27,480 nucleotides of DNA from Armatimonadia bacterium. Lineage in GTDB: Bacteria > Armatimonadota > Zipacnadia > Zipacnadales > UBA11051. Shown here piece by piece: positions 8,717 through 18,149 of this stretch. Made by a program: the position numbers and the translations under genes. The notes under the pieces were generated by a model, which was not told the DNA's origin, did no database searches, and saw nothing but the letters and a program-made list of their open reading frames with translations. Positions within the stretch are counted from its first letter, which is position 1, and the number at the start of each line of letters is the position of its first letter. The stretch covers positions 1 to 27,480 of the forward strand of contig JBDKRC010000134.1 in assembly GCA_039683575.1 (NCBI GenBank), read 5' to 3'.

Positions 8717-10696
8717 ATGTCCACCAATCTCCGCTTCCGGCAAATCCATCTCGACTTCCACACCGGCGACCATGTCCCCGGTATCGGCAGCGCGTTTGAC
8801 CCCAACGAGTTCGGCGACACTCTGGCGGCGGCGCATGTGAACTCCATCACGTGCTTCTCGCGCTGCCATCACGGCTGGATCTACCACGAGACAGCCAAGT
8901 TCCCCGAGCGCAAGCACCCGCACCTGACCTGCAACCTGCTCGCCGAGCAGATCGAGGCCTGTCACGCCCGCGACATTCGCGTGCCGATCTACATCACGGT
9001 GCAGTGGGACCACTACACCTCGCGCCAGCATCCCGAGTGGCTCGTGCTGGACGAGAATGGCTGCCACCCCGGGACCAGGCCCTTCGACGCCGGCTTCTAC
9101 TGCCGCTTCTGCCTCAACACCCCCTATGTGGACTTCCTGGCCGAGCAGACGGCCGAGGTCTGCGACACTCTTCCGACCGACGGCATCTTCTTCGACATCG
9201 TCTCCCCGATGTCGTGTAGCTGCCAGTACTGCAAAGACGGCATGGAGAGCGAGGGTATGGACGCGGCGGACGCGGCGCAGCGCGCGGTGTACGGAGACCT
9301 GGTGCTGCAGCGCTTTGAGAAGCGCATGTTTGAGGTAGTAAAGTCGCGCGCGCCCGAGGCGACGGTGTTCTTCAACTCCGGCCATGTGGGGCCACACCAC
9401 CGCAAAGTGATAGACAGCTTCACCCATCTCGAACTGGAGTCGCTGCCCAGCGGCGGCTGGGGCTACATGCACTTCCCGGTGGCCCAACGGTTCGCGCGCG
9501 GCCTCGGGCTCGACACCATGGGCATGACCGGCAAATTCCACACCTCCTGGGGTGACTTCTCCTCCTTCAAGAACCCCGAGGCGCTGGAGTTCGAGTGCCT
9601 CAACATGATCGCACTGGGTGCCAAGTGCTCCGTCGGCGACCAGCTTCACCCCACCGGGAAGATCTGCCAGGAGACGTACAAGCTCATCGGCGGGGCCTAT
9701 GCGAAGGTCGAAGCGGCCGAGCCGTGGTGCGAAGACGTCAAGCCCGTGGCGGACATCGGGGTACTGACGCCCGAGGAGTTCTTCGGCGGTGGCCATGGAG
9801 CCATGCGGCCCGCCATTATCGGCGCCAGCCGCATCCTGCAGGAGCTGCGCCAGCAATTCGACATCATCGACACCACGTCCGACTTCAGCCTGTACCGGGT
9901 ACTGGTGCTGCCGGACGAGATACAGGTGGATACGGACCTCGCCGGTAAGCTAAGCGCCTTCATCGCCGCCGGCGGAACGCTCATCGCATCCCACAAGTCG
10001 GGGCTGAACCCCGCTGGTGAGGCCTTCAGCCTGAGCGAGCTTGGGATCAAGTATGTCGGCGACGCCGAATTCTCGCCGGACTTCATCCTGACCGAGAAGC
10101 TCGGCGGCACCCGCCCCGACACCGGACAGGTCATGTACACCAAGGGTCTGCAAGTCGAGCCACTGCCGGGCACCGAGGTCCTGTCCTCGATGCTCAAGCC
10201 CTACTTCAACCGCACCTGGGAGCACTTCTGCTCGCACCGGCACACCCCCGCCGAGGGTCCGGTGTCCTATCCCGGCGCCACGCGCAGCGGCAACTGCGTC
10301 TACTTCATGCACCCGCTGTTCGCCCTCTACGAGGCCAAGGCGCCGAAGTGGTGCAAAGAGCTGATAGCAGGCGCACTGGGGCTATTGCTACCCGAGCCCT
10401 CGCTCAAGGTCGGCGGCCCGAGTACCCTACTGGCGAGCGTCAACGAGCAGCCGGGCAAGAACCGCTCAGTGGTGCACCTGCTGCACTACATCGCCGAGCG
10501 CCGCGCGCGGGAGTTCGATATCATCGAGGACATCATCCCGCTATACGACCTGCCGGTGTCACTGAAGGCGGAGGGCGTAAGCAAGGTGACGCTGGAGCCC
10601 CAGGGGCAGGAGCTAGCGTTTGAGGTGAAAGGCGGACGGGTCGAGGTCACGGTACCCAAGCTCGAAGGACACCAGATGGTGGTCTTCCAGAAGTAG
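8717..10696 (+). CDS. Putative glycoside hydrolase (GHL6 / GH29-GH42-like TIM barrel with a beta-galactosidase trimerisation-like domain)
   Basis: RFRQIHLDFHT, FSRCHHGWIY, CLNTPY, DGIFFDIV, LELESLPSGGWGY, GMTGKFHTSWGDF, VGDQLHP, YRVLVLPD. RBS GAGGAG upstream; no signal peptide. Confidence 0.8.
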   Translation: MSTNLRFRQIHLDFHTGDHVPGIGSAFDPNEFGDTLAAAHVNSITCFSRCHHGWIYHETAKFPERKHPHLTCNLLAEQIEACHARDIRVPIYITVQWDHYTSRQHPEWLVLDENGCHPGTRPFDAGFYCRFCLNTPYVDFLAEQTAEVCDTLPTDGIFFDIVSPMSCSCQYCKDGMESEGMDAADAAQRAVYGDLVLQRFEKRMFEVVKSRAPEATVFFNSGHVGPHHRKVIDSFTHLELESLPSGGWGYMHFPVAQRFARGLGLDTMGMTGKFHTSWGDFSSFKNPEALEFECLNMIALGAKCSVGDQLHPTGKICQETYKLIGGAYAKVEAAEPWCEDVKPVADIGVLTPEEFFGGGHGAMRPAIIGASRILQELRQQFDIIDTTSDFSLYRVLVLPDEIQVDTDLAGKLSAFIAAGGTLIASHKSGLNPAGEAFSLSELGIKYVGDAEFSPDFILTEKLGGTRPDTGQVMYTKGLQVEPLPGTEVLSSMLKPYFNRTWEHFCSHRHTPAEGPVSYPGATRSGNCVYFMHPLFALYEAKAPKWCKELIAGALGLLLPEPSLKVGGPSTLLASVNEQPGKNRSVVHLLHYIAERRAREFDIIEDIIPLYDLPVSLKAEGVSKVTLEPQGQELAFEVKGGRVEVTVPKLEGHQMVVFQK

Positions 10697-10720
10697 GAAC
10701 AGCAGAGACTAGCGGAAAGC

Positions 10721-10749
10721 AAAAGGGGCCGGCAAGCCGGCCCCTTTTT
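10721..10749. terminator. Bidirectional intrinsic terminator
   Basis: AAAAGGGGCCGGC-AA-GCCGGCCCCTTTT between the convergent glycoside hydrolase and nnr genes. Confidence 0.9.
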
Positions 10750-10769
10750 CGGTGTCGCGTTTGGGGAAA

Positions 10770-12311
10770 TCAGTCCCACAGCACCTTATAGGCCGCCGGA
10801 ATCCTCTCCGCCACATCCGTAGCCAGAAACCCGCGCGGGCCCATTTCGCGGGCCGCGATGTCCCCTGCCAGGCCATGCAGATACACCCCGGCAACCGCCG
10901 AGGTCATGGGATCGTCATTTGCCGCCATAAGTGCCGCGATGACACCCGTCAGGATATCCCCCATCCCGCCACTGGCCATACCGTTGTTGCTGAAGGGGTT
11001 GATCCATGCCTCGCCGCTAGGCTCGGCGGTTACCGTGGCAGCACCCTTGAGTACCACGACCGCCTCGAACAGGTCGGCCGCGCTGCGGGCCGCCAGCAAC
11101 CTGTCCGCCTGAATCTCCTCTATGCTGGAGTCCATCAGACGGCTGAGTTCGCCCGGGTGCGGAGTCAGAATCGTCGGTGCTTCACGCTTCCGCAGCAGCG
11201 CCGCCTTGCCTCGCAGCACATTCAGCGCATCGGCATCAATGACGAGCGGGTTGTGCACCTGCTCCACCAGCGCTTCCACGAGCCCCGCCACCTGCCCCTT
11301 CGTTGACAACCCGGGCCCGAGCGCCACCGCATCCGCCTTCTCGGCCCATTCGAGCAGCAGGTCTAGCGCGTCAAGACCGATCGTGTCGCCCTCGCCGGCC
11401 GGCAGCGGGACCGTCATCACCTCGGTCAGTTTGGCTTCCAAGATGGCATTCAGTGGCGCGGGAATGCCCACAGTGACCAGTCCGCCGCCCGCCCGTGCCG
11501 CCGCGTAGCCGGCCATCGCAGGCGCTCCCGTCAGGCCGGGTGACCCGCCAATGACCAGCACCCGCCCGGAATCCCCTTTGTGGGCATCCGGCGGGCGGTA
11601 TGGCAGCATTGCCTGACAGTCGGAGTCCTCGGTCCAGTAGGTCTGGATGTCCGGATCGTCGAGAATGGCAGGGGGAATGCCGATGTCGGCGACCGTCAGC
11701 TCGCCTACATGGGCCTTGCCGGGGTACTGAACCAGCCCCGTTTTGGGTAGGGCGAAGGTGACTGTGTGATGGGCCTCCACTGCCACGCCCAGGACCTGGC
11801 CGGTATCGCTGTTCAGGCCCGAGGGGATATCAACCGCCACAATCGGCGCGGCGGCGAACTCCAGCATCTCGATGACCTGCCGGGCGCGGCCATGGACTTC
11901 GCCGTTCAGTCCGGTCCCCAAGATGGCGTCAATGATAACATCGGCCAGTTCTATCGCGCCCACTAACGTCTCGTCATCGGGCTCTTCAACGATCATCAAG
12001 CCGATCTTGTTGGCATAGTTGGCGTTGATCGCCGCATCGCCATGAAGCTCGCTGAGCTTGCACAGAAGCAGCACCGCGACCTCAACGCCGCGCCCCGCCA
12101 GATGCCTCGCGGCCACGAAGCCATCTCCGCCGTTGTTCCCCTTGCCCGTAACGATGAGCACCCGGCCCGCGTCGTCAGGCAGCAACTCCCACGCAGCCTC
12201 GGCAACGGCCCGCCCGGCGTTTTCCATGAGGACCAGCCCCGGCAGGCCGAACTCTTCTATCGTGCGACGGTCCATCTCGCGCATCTGCGCCGCAGTCACA
12301 AGCTTCATCAA
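10770..12311 (-). CDS. nnr: Bifunctional NAD(P)H-hydrate epimerase/dehydratase (NnrE-NnrD, YjeF)
   Basis: LMENAG, GKGNNGGDG, DAILGTG, VDIPSG, HKGDSG, GPGL, DADALN, TPHPGE, GGMGDILTG. Confidence 0.96.
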   Translation of the reverse strand: MMKLVTAAQMREMDRRTIEEFGLPGLVLMENAGRAVAEAAWELLPDDAGRVLIVTGKGNNGGDGFVAARHLAGRGVEVAVLLLCKLSELHGDAAINANYANKIGLMIVEEPDDETLVGAIELADVIIDAILGTGLNGEVHGRARQVIEMLEFAAAPIVAVDIPSGLNSDTGQVLGVAVEAHHTVTFALPKTGLVQYPGKAHVGELTVADIGIPPAILDDPDIQTYWTEDSDCQAMLPYRPPDAHKGDSGRVLVIGGSPGLTGAPAMAGYAAARAGGGLVTVGIPAPLNAILEAKLTEVMTVPLPAGEGDTIGLDALDLLLEWAEKADAVALGPGLSTKGQVAGLVEALVEQVHNPLVIDADALNVLRGKAALLRKREAPTILTPHPGELSRLMDSSIEEIQADRLLAARSAADLFEAVVVLKGAATVTAEPSGEAWINPFSNNGMASGGMGDILTGVIAALMAANDDPMTSAVAGVYLHGLAGDIAAREMGPRGFLATDVAERIPAAYKVLWD

Positions 12312-12344
12312 CCGACACCACCTTCACGTTTCAGACGTTCGGAA

Positions 12345-12372
12345 GTTCCTCCCGGTGCGAGGGTTGTCCTGC
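12345..12372 (-). promoter_or_regulatory. Putative sigma-H-like promoter (GCAGG-N18-GGAAC) of nnr
   Basis: Same motif and spacing as the other three sites. Confidence 0.4.
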
Positions 12373-12545
12373 CGGAACGGAGACGCGACGCAGTCGTGGG
12401 CCGAACCGAATCGCGTACGGCTACGTATATGCACTTAGTAATGGAAACGATAACATCTTCCTGCGAGATCGCCACGCCTCGTTTTCCTGTTCCGGGTCTC
12501 GCATCTGCAGGCAGCCGTAGACGAGCCGTTCCGGGAGTGATCGTC

Positions 12546-13451
12546 ATGCGACGGTGTGCCGGTTGGATCGTGGTAGCCGTGGTGATCACGGTAGGCGTAG
12601 CGCGGGCGAGATGGCAGGGACAGTTCGAGTTGGCGGCCCAAGAGGGACAAGTGGAGGCGGGGGAAACCGCGTGGGATGGCCTGTGGGGGCTGTCACACAA
12701 GCAGTATGTGACCTGGGACGGGTACACCGTCAAGTCCACGGCAAAGCCGTCAGCTTCCACGGGGCGTAACACCGCATCATATTGTTGCCGGGTGAGGTAT
12801 CGGGGCTTTGACGGCGAGCCCTGCGTGGCGTCCGTTAGCGGAGGCCTCGCAACCTTTGAGTACTTTGGCGAGACGCAAGGCTATACTTTCTTCAAGTACT
12901 TCGCCGATCCCCCTGACACGTTCTATCTGCGCATTCCGCAGCGCGGAAGCGGCACCATGGAGTTCGGGTACAGCTATGTATCCGAAACCCGGAAGGTACT
13001 ACCCGGCCGGCCGAAACGCCAGGGCGCAGCTTCTGAGGCGACCAACGCCGCCACCGAGACCGCTGTAACGCTCACGCCTCTCGGCGTTGCTGAACTCGGC
13101 CTGGAGTCTCCCGGCACCGGAACATGGCATCCGCTGCGGTCTCACACGGCCGTCTATCCCGGTGACCCGCCCCCATTGTGCTTTGCAGGACAGTTTGCAC
13201 CGGACGATTGGCATGGTATCGGGAGGTATGCTCTCACCTTCGAGGACATCAAGCTCTGTGGCGACCTGTGCGACCTGTCGTCACTGACTACCCGACATCC
13301 CGCGGGGGCCGGCAATGTGTGGGTGGAGGGCACGACCAATGGGAGTATAGGGCTGTGGGGTGTCTCCCTGGGCAAGGGCGTCGTCCTGAGCATGCGGAGT
13401 CTGCTGCGCCGCGAAGGACCTTCACCAGACCCTTCGCGGCGCTTGGAATGA
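12546..13451 (+). CDS. Hypothetical secreted protein, possibly C-terminally truncated
   Basis: ATG 12546 follows GGGAG; signal-peptide-like MRRCAGWIVVAVVITVGVARA; G/T/Y/W-rich body. The last about 24 codons and the stop lie within a palindromic repeat. Confidence 0.55.
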   Translation: MRRCAGWIVVAVVITVGVARARWQGQFELAAQEGQVEAGETAWDGLWGLSHKQYVTWDGYTVKSTAKPSASTGRNTASYCCRVRYRGFDGEPCVASVSGGLATFEYFGETQGYTFFKYFADPPDTFYLRIPQRGSGTMEFGYSYVSETRKVLPGRPKRQGAASEATNAATETAVTLTPLGVAELGLESPGTGTWHPLRSHTAVYPGDPPPLCFAGQFAPDDWHGIGRYALTFEDIKLCGDLCDLSSLTTRHPAGAGNVWVEGTTNGSIGLWGVSLGKGVVLSMRSLLRREGPSPDPSRRLE

Positions 13452-13452
13452 C
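13380..13452. repeat. Second copy of the TGTCAT...ATGACA palindromic element
   Basis: 13380-13421 matches the reverse complement of 1799-1840 at 36 of 42 nt. Inner stem GCGCCGCGAAGG / CCTTCGCGGCGC; ends GGAATGAC. Confidence 0.75.
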
Positions 13453-13476
13453 GTGTTGCGAGGCAGAGGCTGCGGG

Positions 13477-14709
13477 TTACAGCTTGTCCGCGTTCTCCTT
13501 GATCTTGAGGATGGCGTCGGCGACGTCGTCCATGTCGCGAGTGGTGCCCAGCAACGTGCTCTGGCCCATCCAGAAGGACCCGTCGCTGCAGATGTGCTCG
13601 CAGACGGGGCACTCGACCTTCGAGTAGTCCACCTTGCCGTGATAGTCCTTGCACGAGAACGGACAGCGGGACGGGTCCCAACCGGCGGTGAACATGCCCT
13701 CGCGATAGAGGGGGTTGTAGCCGGGCCCGACGGGGATGCCCTCGGCACTTAGGGCCTTCACGAATTTGTCGCGCGATACCCCTCCGAACCCCTCGCGGTT
13801 GTAGCGGAAGATGAACAGGTGATAGGCGCTGCGGTCGGCGCCGGAGCTGAACGCCTGAGCGTCGATACCCTCAATGGCGTCCAGGCGAGCGCGCAGATGG
13901 GCAGCGTTCTGGTCACGGAGCGCCATCTGATCCTCGTAGGTTTCCATGCAGCGCAGGATCAATGCTGCCTGGAACTCCGTCATGCGGTAGTTCATGCCCA
14001 TGACCCGATGATCGTACCAGCCGCCGTCAGGAACGCGGCCGACGTTCATGTAGGACCAGGCCTTGCCATAGAGCGCGCGGTCGTTGGTGGAAGTGATGCC
14101 ACCCTCGCCGGCGGTCATGTTCTTGCTGGACTGGAACGAGAACGACCCGATGTCGCCAATGGCCCCGACCTTGCGGCCCGAGTAGACGGCGCCATGGGCC
14201 TGAGCCGCGTCCTCGATGAGCGCCAGGTTGTGCTTTTTGCAGACGGCCTTGAGCGCCTTGAGATCGGCAGGCATGCCGCCGATGTGTACCGCGATGATCG
14301 CCTTGGTCTGCGGCGTGATGGCGGCCTCGGCGGCAGCGGGATCCAGACAGAGCGTGTCGGGCAGGATGTCGGCAAAGATCGGGATGGCATTGACGGAGAT
14401 CACGGACGAGGCCGTCGCGATGAAGGTATAGGGCGGGACGATGACCTCATCGCCAGCCCCGACGCCGAGCGCGCGCAGGGCCAGTTCCAGGCCGATGGTG
14501 CCGCTGGTGCTGGGAACGCAGTAGTCGGCCTCACATACCTGGCGGAAGTCTTCCGACAGCTTCGCCGTCATGGGGCCGCCGACGCCCCAGATGCCACTCT
14601 CGATGACCTTAGCCAGGTTCTCGAGATAACCCGGGTCCTTGGGCGGCCAGGTGGGCCAGGAGGTGGTATGGACGGGGCTCCCGCCATTGATTGCCAACTG
14701 CTTGCTCAT
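13477..14709 (-). CDS. DegT/DnrJ/EryC1/StrS-family PLP-dependent aminotransferase (AHBA-synthase-like)
   Basis: GDEVIVPPYTFIATA, IEDAAQAHG, FSFQSSKNMTAGEGG (PLP lysine), GMNYRMTEFQAA. Confidence 0.92.
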   Translation of the reverse strand: MSKQLAINGGSPVHTTSWPTWPPKDPGYLENLAKVIESGIWGVGGPMTAKLSEDFRQVCEADYCVPSTSGTIGLELALRALGVGAGDEVIVPPYTFIATASSVISVNAIPIFADILPDTLCLDPAAAEAAITPQTKAIIAVHIGGMPADLKALKAVCKKHNLALIEDAAQAHGAVYSGRKVGAIGDIGSFSFQSSKNMTAGEGGITSTNDRALYGKAWSYMNVGRVPDGGWYDHRVMGMNYRMTEFQAALILRCMETYEDQMALRDQNAAHLRARLDAIEGIDAQAFSSGADRSAYHLFIFRYNREGFGGVSRDKFVKALSAEGIPVGPGYNPLYREGMFTAGWDPSRCPFSCKDYHGKVDYSKVECPVCEHICSDGSFWMGQSTLLGTTRDMDDVADAILKIKENADKL

Positions 14710-14721
14710 GGATATCTCTCC

Positions 14722-16920
14722 TTACGGCGTTACCAGTTTGCCTTTGACGGCATCTCCACTCAGCTTGTGGATCTGGATATTACGATAGATGACCGGCTTA
14801 GCCGGGTCGGGCCAGACCTCGCCGCCGATGGCCACGTGGTGCGGACCCTGGAAGCGGAAGCCGCGGTCGGACAGTTGCTGATCCTGCAGCACGGTCTGCT
14901 TGTCCAGGTACATCGTTACGCGGTTTTCGCACTGGATCAGGCGCAGGCGGCACTTGCGCGGCACCTCGGACAGCGCGTGCTCGCGGAAAGCGTCCCAACC
15001 GGGGCCAAACACGCTCTCCGGCGGGTTCTGGATGATGCGGCAGCTATCATAGTACGGATTGGCCGTGAGTGGAATATCCACGATGAATCCGGCCTCAATA
15101 CCCTTGACCTTTTCGTTTGGGAACTCCACATCGCAGCGGATCTCAAACGAACTGCCGGGGCGCATCATGCACGACATCAGCCCGAAGCGCTCGCCGGGCC
15201 ACATGGTGAAGCCCTTGCCGTCGGCCAGGGGCTTGAACCGGCCCTGCCAGATGTCCCAGCCGACGAGGTCGGGCGTGGGGTCGAGGTTCACCCATTGGTT
15301 GGCCTGGAACTGCTTTTCCCAGCGCAGCGACTGGATGCGGTCGCGCAGGAAGTACAGGGCAGGCTTGTCGGTCTCGATCTTCAGGAGCGCCTGGTAGGCC
15401 GCCAGCGCCTGGTCGATCTTCTCGGCGGCATACAGCTCCTCGGCCTGCCTGACCTTCTCCTGGCGCGGGCCGGTGAGGCCATAGATCATGCCCACGATCA
15501 ACTCAGCACGTTCCGACCATTGCGCATCGAAGGTGGGCTTGTCAATCTGCCCCTGCATGGCCTCAAGTTGCTGCCGCGCCACGTCGGGGTGCCCCGAGCG
15601 CCAGGCGATCAGCGCGTAGACGGTGCGGATCTGTTTCATGTACTTGGGCTTGTTCTTCACGGCCCAGGCCAGCCTGCCCTCACAATAGGTTTGCAGCGGC
15701 GGCCAGATCTCCGGGTTGCTCCAGACGGAATCCTCGCGGTCGTGCTCGGCGATGGTCAGTACGACTTCGTAGTAGATCTTCGGCACCAGCGTGTCGAAGC
15801 GCGCTGTGTCCACGCATTCCTTCGCGAAGGCCAGCAGGGCCTCGTGCGAGCCGCCCCAGCGAGGCTGGAGGGCGGAGATGTAGTCATAGTAGGCGGGCAT
15901 CCAGTCAAACTGCCCGGCGACCGCGCGGTCAAACCAGGTCCGTTCCGACTCCATCCCGGACACTGCCCCAGTCTTGGCGATGTCGAGGAGGTAGACGCTG
16001 GCTTCGGGATATTCGGGATGGGCGGCATAGGCCTGCTCGAAGTTGCCCCGGGCAAAGCCCATGCCCTTCTCGAACTCCTTGTAGTCCTCCGGCTTGACGT
16101 TCTGGATGAAGTCGGTGCCGCGGTAGAACCACCCGTAGTCGAAGTTGTGCTTGCCCCACGCCATGCGGAAGAGCCAGGGGTCGGTGTTGGGGCGGGCCTT
16201 CATCGTGTTGACAATCTGCGCTTGCGACCGGCGGAAGTGGCTCTCCATCAAGTTCTGGATTTCCCACCACAGCGGGCGCTGCTCCTGCGGGCCAAAGCCA
16301 CTCTTGTCGGCGGCGGCGACGAAGGCGTCTATGGCAGGCGTGCGCCACTTGAAGTCCGCCGACTCGAGCTTGCTACCGACCTCGCCCTCGAAATCGGCCA
16401 TCGAAAAGTACGCCCAGGCCAGCATGAGGGGCGGGTAGCCCCGCTCCTTGAGCCCCGGCAGGCTACGCTCGACCAGCGGACGGGCTTCCTTCACCCGGTT
16501 CTGGACCCGCAGCGCGTTGCCGGTGAGCATCACGATGAGGGGATCGTCGCAGCCCCGCTTGAGCAGCGCCAGCCCCGGGGCCACGAGGTCCTTGAAGCTG
16601 CGATCCTCATCGAGGCCCGTCGAGACGACGGCATGCAGTTCCAGGAAGTCCTTCGCGGCCTTGTCCCAGCGAGCGTCATGCTTGCCGTGCTGTTCGTAGG
16701 CGGTGACGAGATTCTTGCGGTAGTACCCGCGCCACAACGGCTCAAGTTGCGCCTCGGTCACGGCCTTGTCGCCCGCAGGCAAGGGCTGGCCGCTGAGACC
16801 ACGCACACCCAGCGTGCTTTTCGCCAGCTTGGTGACGTGACTGACGAGGAATATCCCCCCGCCGATGCAGACTACCAGAGACGCGACAATAACACCGATG
16901 ACAAGACGCTTGTCCGCCAT
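14722..16920 (-). CDS. Membrane-anchored DUF4034-like / TPR-like protein with a beta-rich C-terminal domain
   Basis: N-terminal TM helix; GWFYRG and LQPRWGGSHEALLAFA motifs of DUF4034-type proteins; helical repeats; C-terminal beta-rich segment ending YRNIQIHKL. Confidence 0.6.
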   Translation of the reverse strand: MADKRLVIGVIVASLVVCIGGGIFLVSHVTKLAKSTLGVRGLSGQPLPAGDKAVTEAQLEPLWRGYYRKNLVTAYEQHGKHDARWDKAAKDFLELHAVVSTGLDEDRSFKDLVAPGLALLKRGCDDPLIVMLTGNALRVQNRVKEARPLVERSLPGLKERGYPPLMLAWAYFSMADFEGEVGSKLESADFKWRTPAIDAFVAAADKSGFGPQEQRPLWWEIQNLMESHFRRSQAQIVNTMKARPNTDPWLFRMAWGKHNFDYGWFYRGTDFIQNVKPEDYKEFEKGMGFARGNFEQAYAAHPEYPEASVYLLDIAKTGAVSGMESERTWFDRAVAGQFDWMPAYYDYISALQPRWGGSHEALLAFAKECVDTARFDTLVPKIYYEVVLTIAEHDREDSVWSNPEIWPPLQTYCEGRLAWAVKNKPKYMKQIRTVYALIAWRSGHPDVARQQLEAMQGQIDKPTFDAQWSERAELIVGMIYGLTGPRQEKVRQAEELYAAEKIDQALAAYQALLKIETDKPALYFLRDRIQSLRWEKQFQANQWVNLDPTPDLVGWDIWQGRFKPLADGKGFTMWPGERFGLMSCMMRPGSSFEIRCDVEFPNEKVKGIEAGFIVDIPLTANPYYDSCRIIQNPPESVFGPGWDAFREHALSEVPRKCRLRLIQCENRVTMYLDKQTVLQDQQLSDRGFRFQGPHHVAIGGEVWPDPAKPVIYRNIQIHKLSGDAVKGKLVTP

Positions 16921-16970
16921 TGCAGTGTCCCCTTAGCACGCCCGTCGCCTGCCGCCGCTGAAGCGGTGGC

Positions 16971-18140
16971 TCAATCGAGGCTGACCCGGTACTCATAGTA
17001 ATCGGCCAGCTTGAAGTTGTCCGGGTCCTTCTCGCCAAACCGCGCGAGATAGACAAGTATATCGCCTGTCGGCCGCTCCTGGTAGAAGCGGAAGTTCGAC
17101 ATTTGCGTCAGCGGCGGCTCATTCTCGCCGCGCCGGTCAATGATCGTGATGGTCTCGCGGATGAGCGCGAACGGCTCCTCCTGCACCTCCGCGATCACAA
17201 GCGGGCTGCGGGGCCAGTTGCCCTTCGCGCGCTCGCCGTCGAGGGCGAGGTTGCCGATCCAGTATAGCCTGCCCGTTCTGAACGAACGTACCAGCGCACT
17301 GCCGTTGGAACCAGACTCAATGAAGCTCCCGTCGCTGCAGCCCAGCGGCTCGGGCGCCGACCACGTCAAGCCCTCATCCTCAGAGAAGCAGTGCCACTTG
17401 TAGCCCGGCCGCTCCGGATACATGCTGTTGTCCCCGCGCATGACCATGGCCAGGCGCCCGTCGGCAAGCTCGGCAAGCGTATTCTCGCAGTGGCCGCGCG
17501 AAGTCTTCTCCGGATCAACTTCCACCGGCCGGCCGCACTCCCACTGCAGCTTGCCCTCGGCGTCCCAGATGCCACGGAGCGTGAAGCTGGCGTGCATCGG
17601 CGCCCAGCAGCCGGGATAGTGCCGGGCGTTGCCCTCCTCGTCCAGCAGCATCGTCATCGCCGGAACAAGCAGCCGTCCACTGCGAGCCCTGATCGGGAAG
17701 CAGAAGCTGATCTGCAGCCCGCCGGGAAGACCGTGCGCTATCTCCTCCTCACCCCGCCATTGGCCGGTAGCGGGGTCATACGCGTCGCTCGCGAGACTGA
17801 ACTTGGTGTCGGCGTGGTATCCCCTATCTGGGTAGAAGCCCCGGCTGCAAAAGGTAAGCAGCTTGCCCCTGACCTCATCAAAGAAGCAGGCGTTCTCCGC
17901 ATAGCGGATGCGGCCACCCTCCACCTGGTGGGACTGCAGCTTCATCCACGGCTCGGTCCACGTGGCGCCGTTGTCATCGCTGAAGCTGTCGGCGAAATCG
18001 TCATAGGTGTCCGAAGCATCCACCCAGCCATGGCGGTGCATGAGCAGGGGCTCGGTGGCGCTAAGGTAAGTCACGAAGCCGGGGAAGACGGGCCGGCCAT
18101 CGCGGCCGGGCGTGTGTACGCGCTTGCTGAGTAGTCGCAT
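16971..18140 (-). CDS. BNR/Asp-box beta-propeller protein (sialidase-like)
   Basis: Asp boxes SFSDDNGATW and FSEDEGLTWS; CENTLAELADGRLAMVMR; WPRSPL. Start set at ATG 18140. Confidence 0.75.
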   Translation of the reverse strand: MRLLSKRVHTPGRDGRPVFPGFVTYLSATEPLLMHRHGWVDASDTYDDFADSFSDDNGATWTEPWMKLQSHQVEGGRIRYAENACFFDEVRGKLLTFCSRGFYPDRGYHADTKFSLASDAYDPATGQWRGEEEIAHGLPGGLQISFCFPIRARSGRLLVPAMTMLLDEEGNARHYPGCWAPMHASFTLRGIWDAEGKLQWECGRPVEVDPEKTSRGHCENTLAELADGRLAMVMRGDNSMYPERPGYKWHCFSEDEGLTWSAPEPLGCSDGSFIESGSNGSALVRSFRTGRLYWIGNLALDGERAKGNWPRSPLVIAEVQEEPFALIRETITIIDRRGENEPPLTQMSNFRFYQERPTGDILVYLARFGEKDPDNFKLADYYEYRVSLD

Positions 18141-18149
18141 GCGGCACGG

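Noticed and set aside
8549-9856. 435-aa - strand ORF and the other short overlapping ORFs in the track
   Set aside because: They are antisense or off-frame shadows of well-supported genes.
12042-12545. N-terminal extension of the orphan ORF
   Set aside because: It overlaps nnr antisense and its promoter region. The RBS and signal peptide point to ATG 12546.
13819-16998. 1059-aa + strand ORF
   Set aside because: It lies antisense to the DegT-family and DUF4034-like genes, has shadow-frame composition and no recognisable motifs. Such long antisense frames are common in GC-rich DNA.
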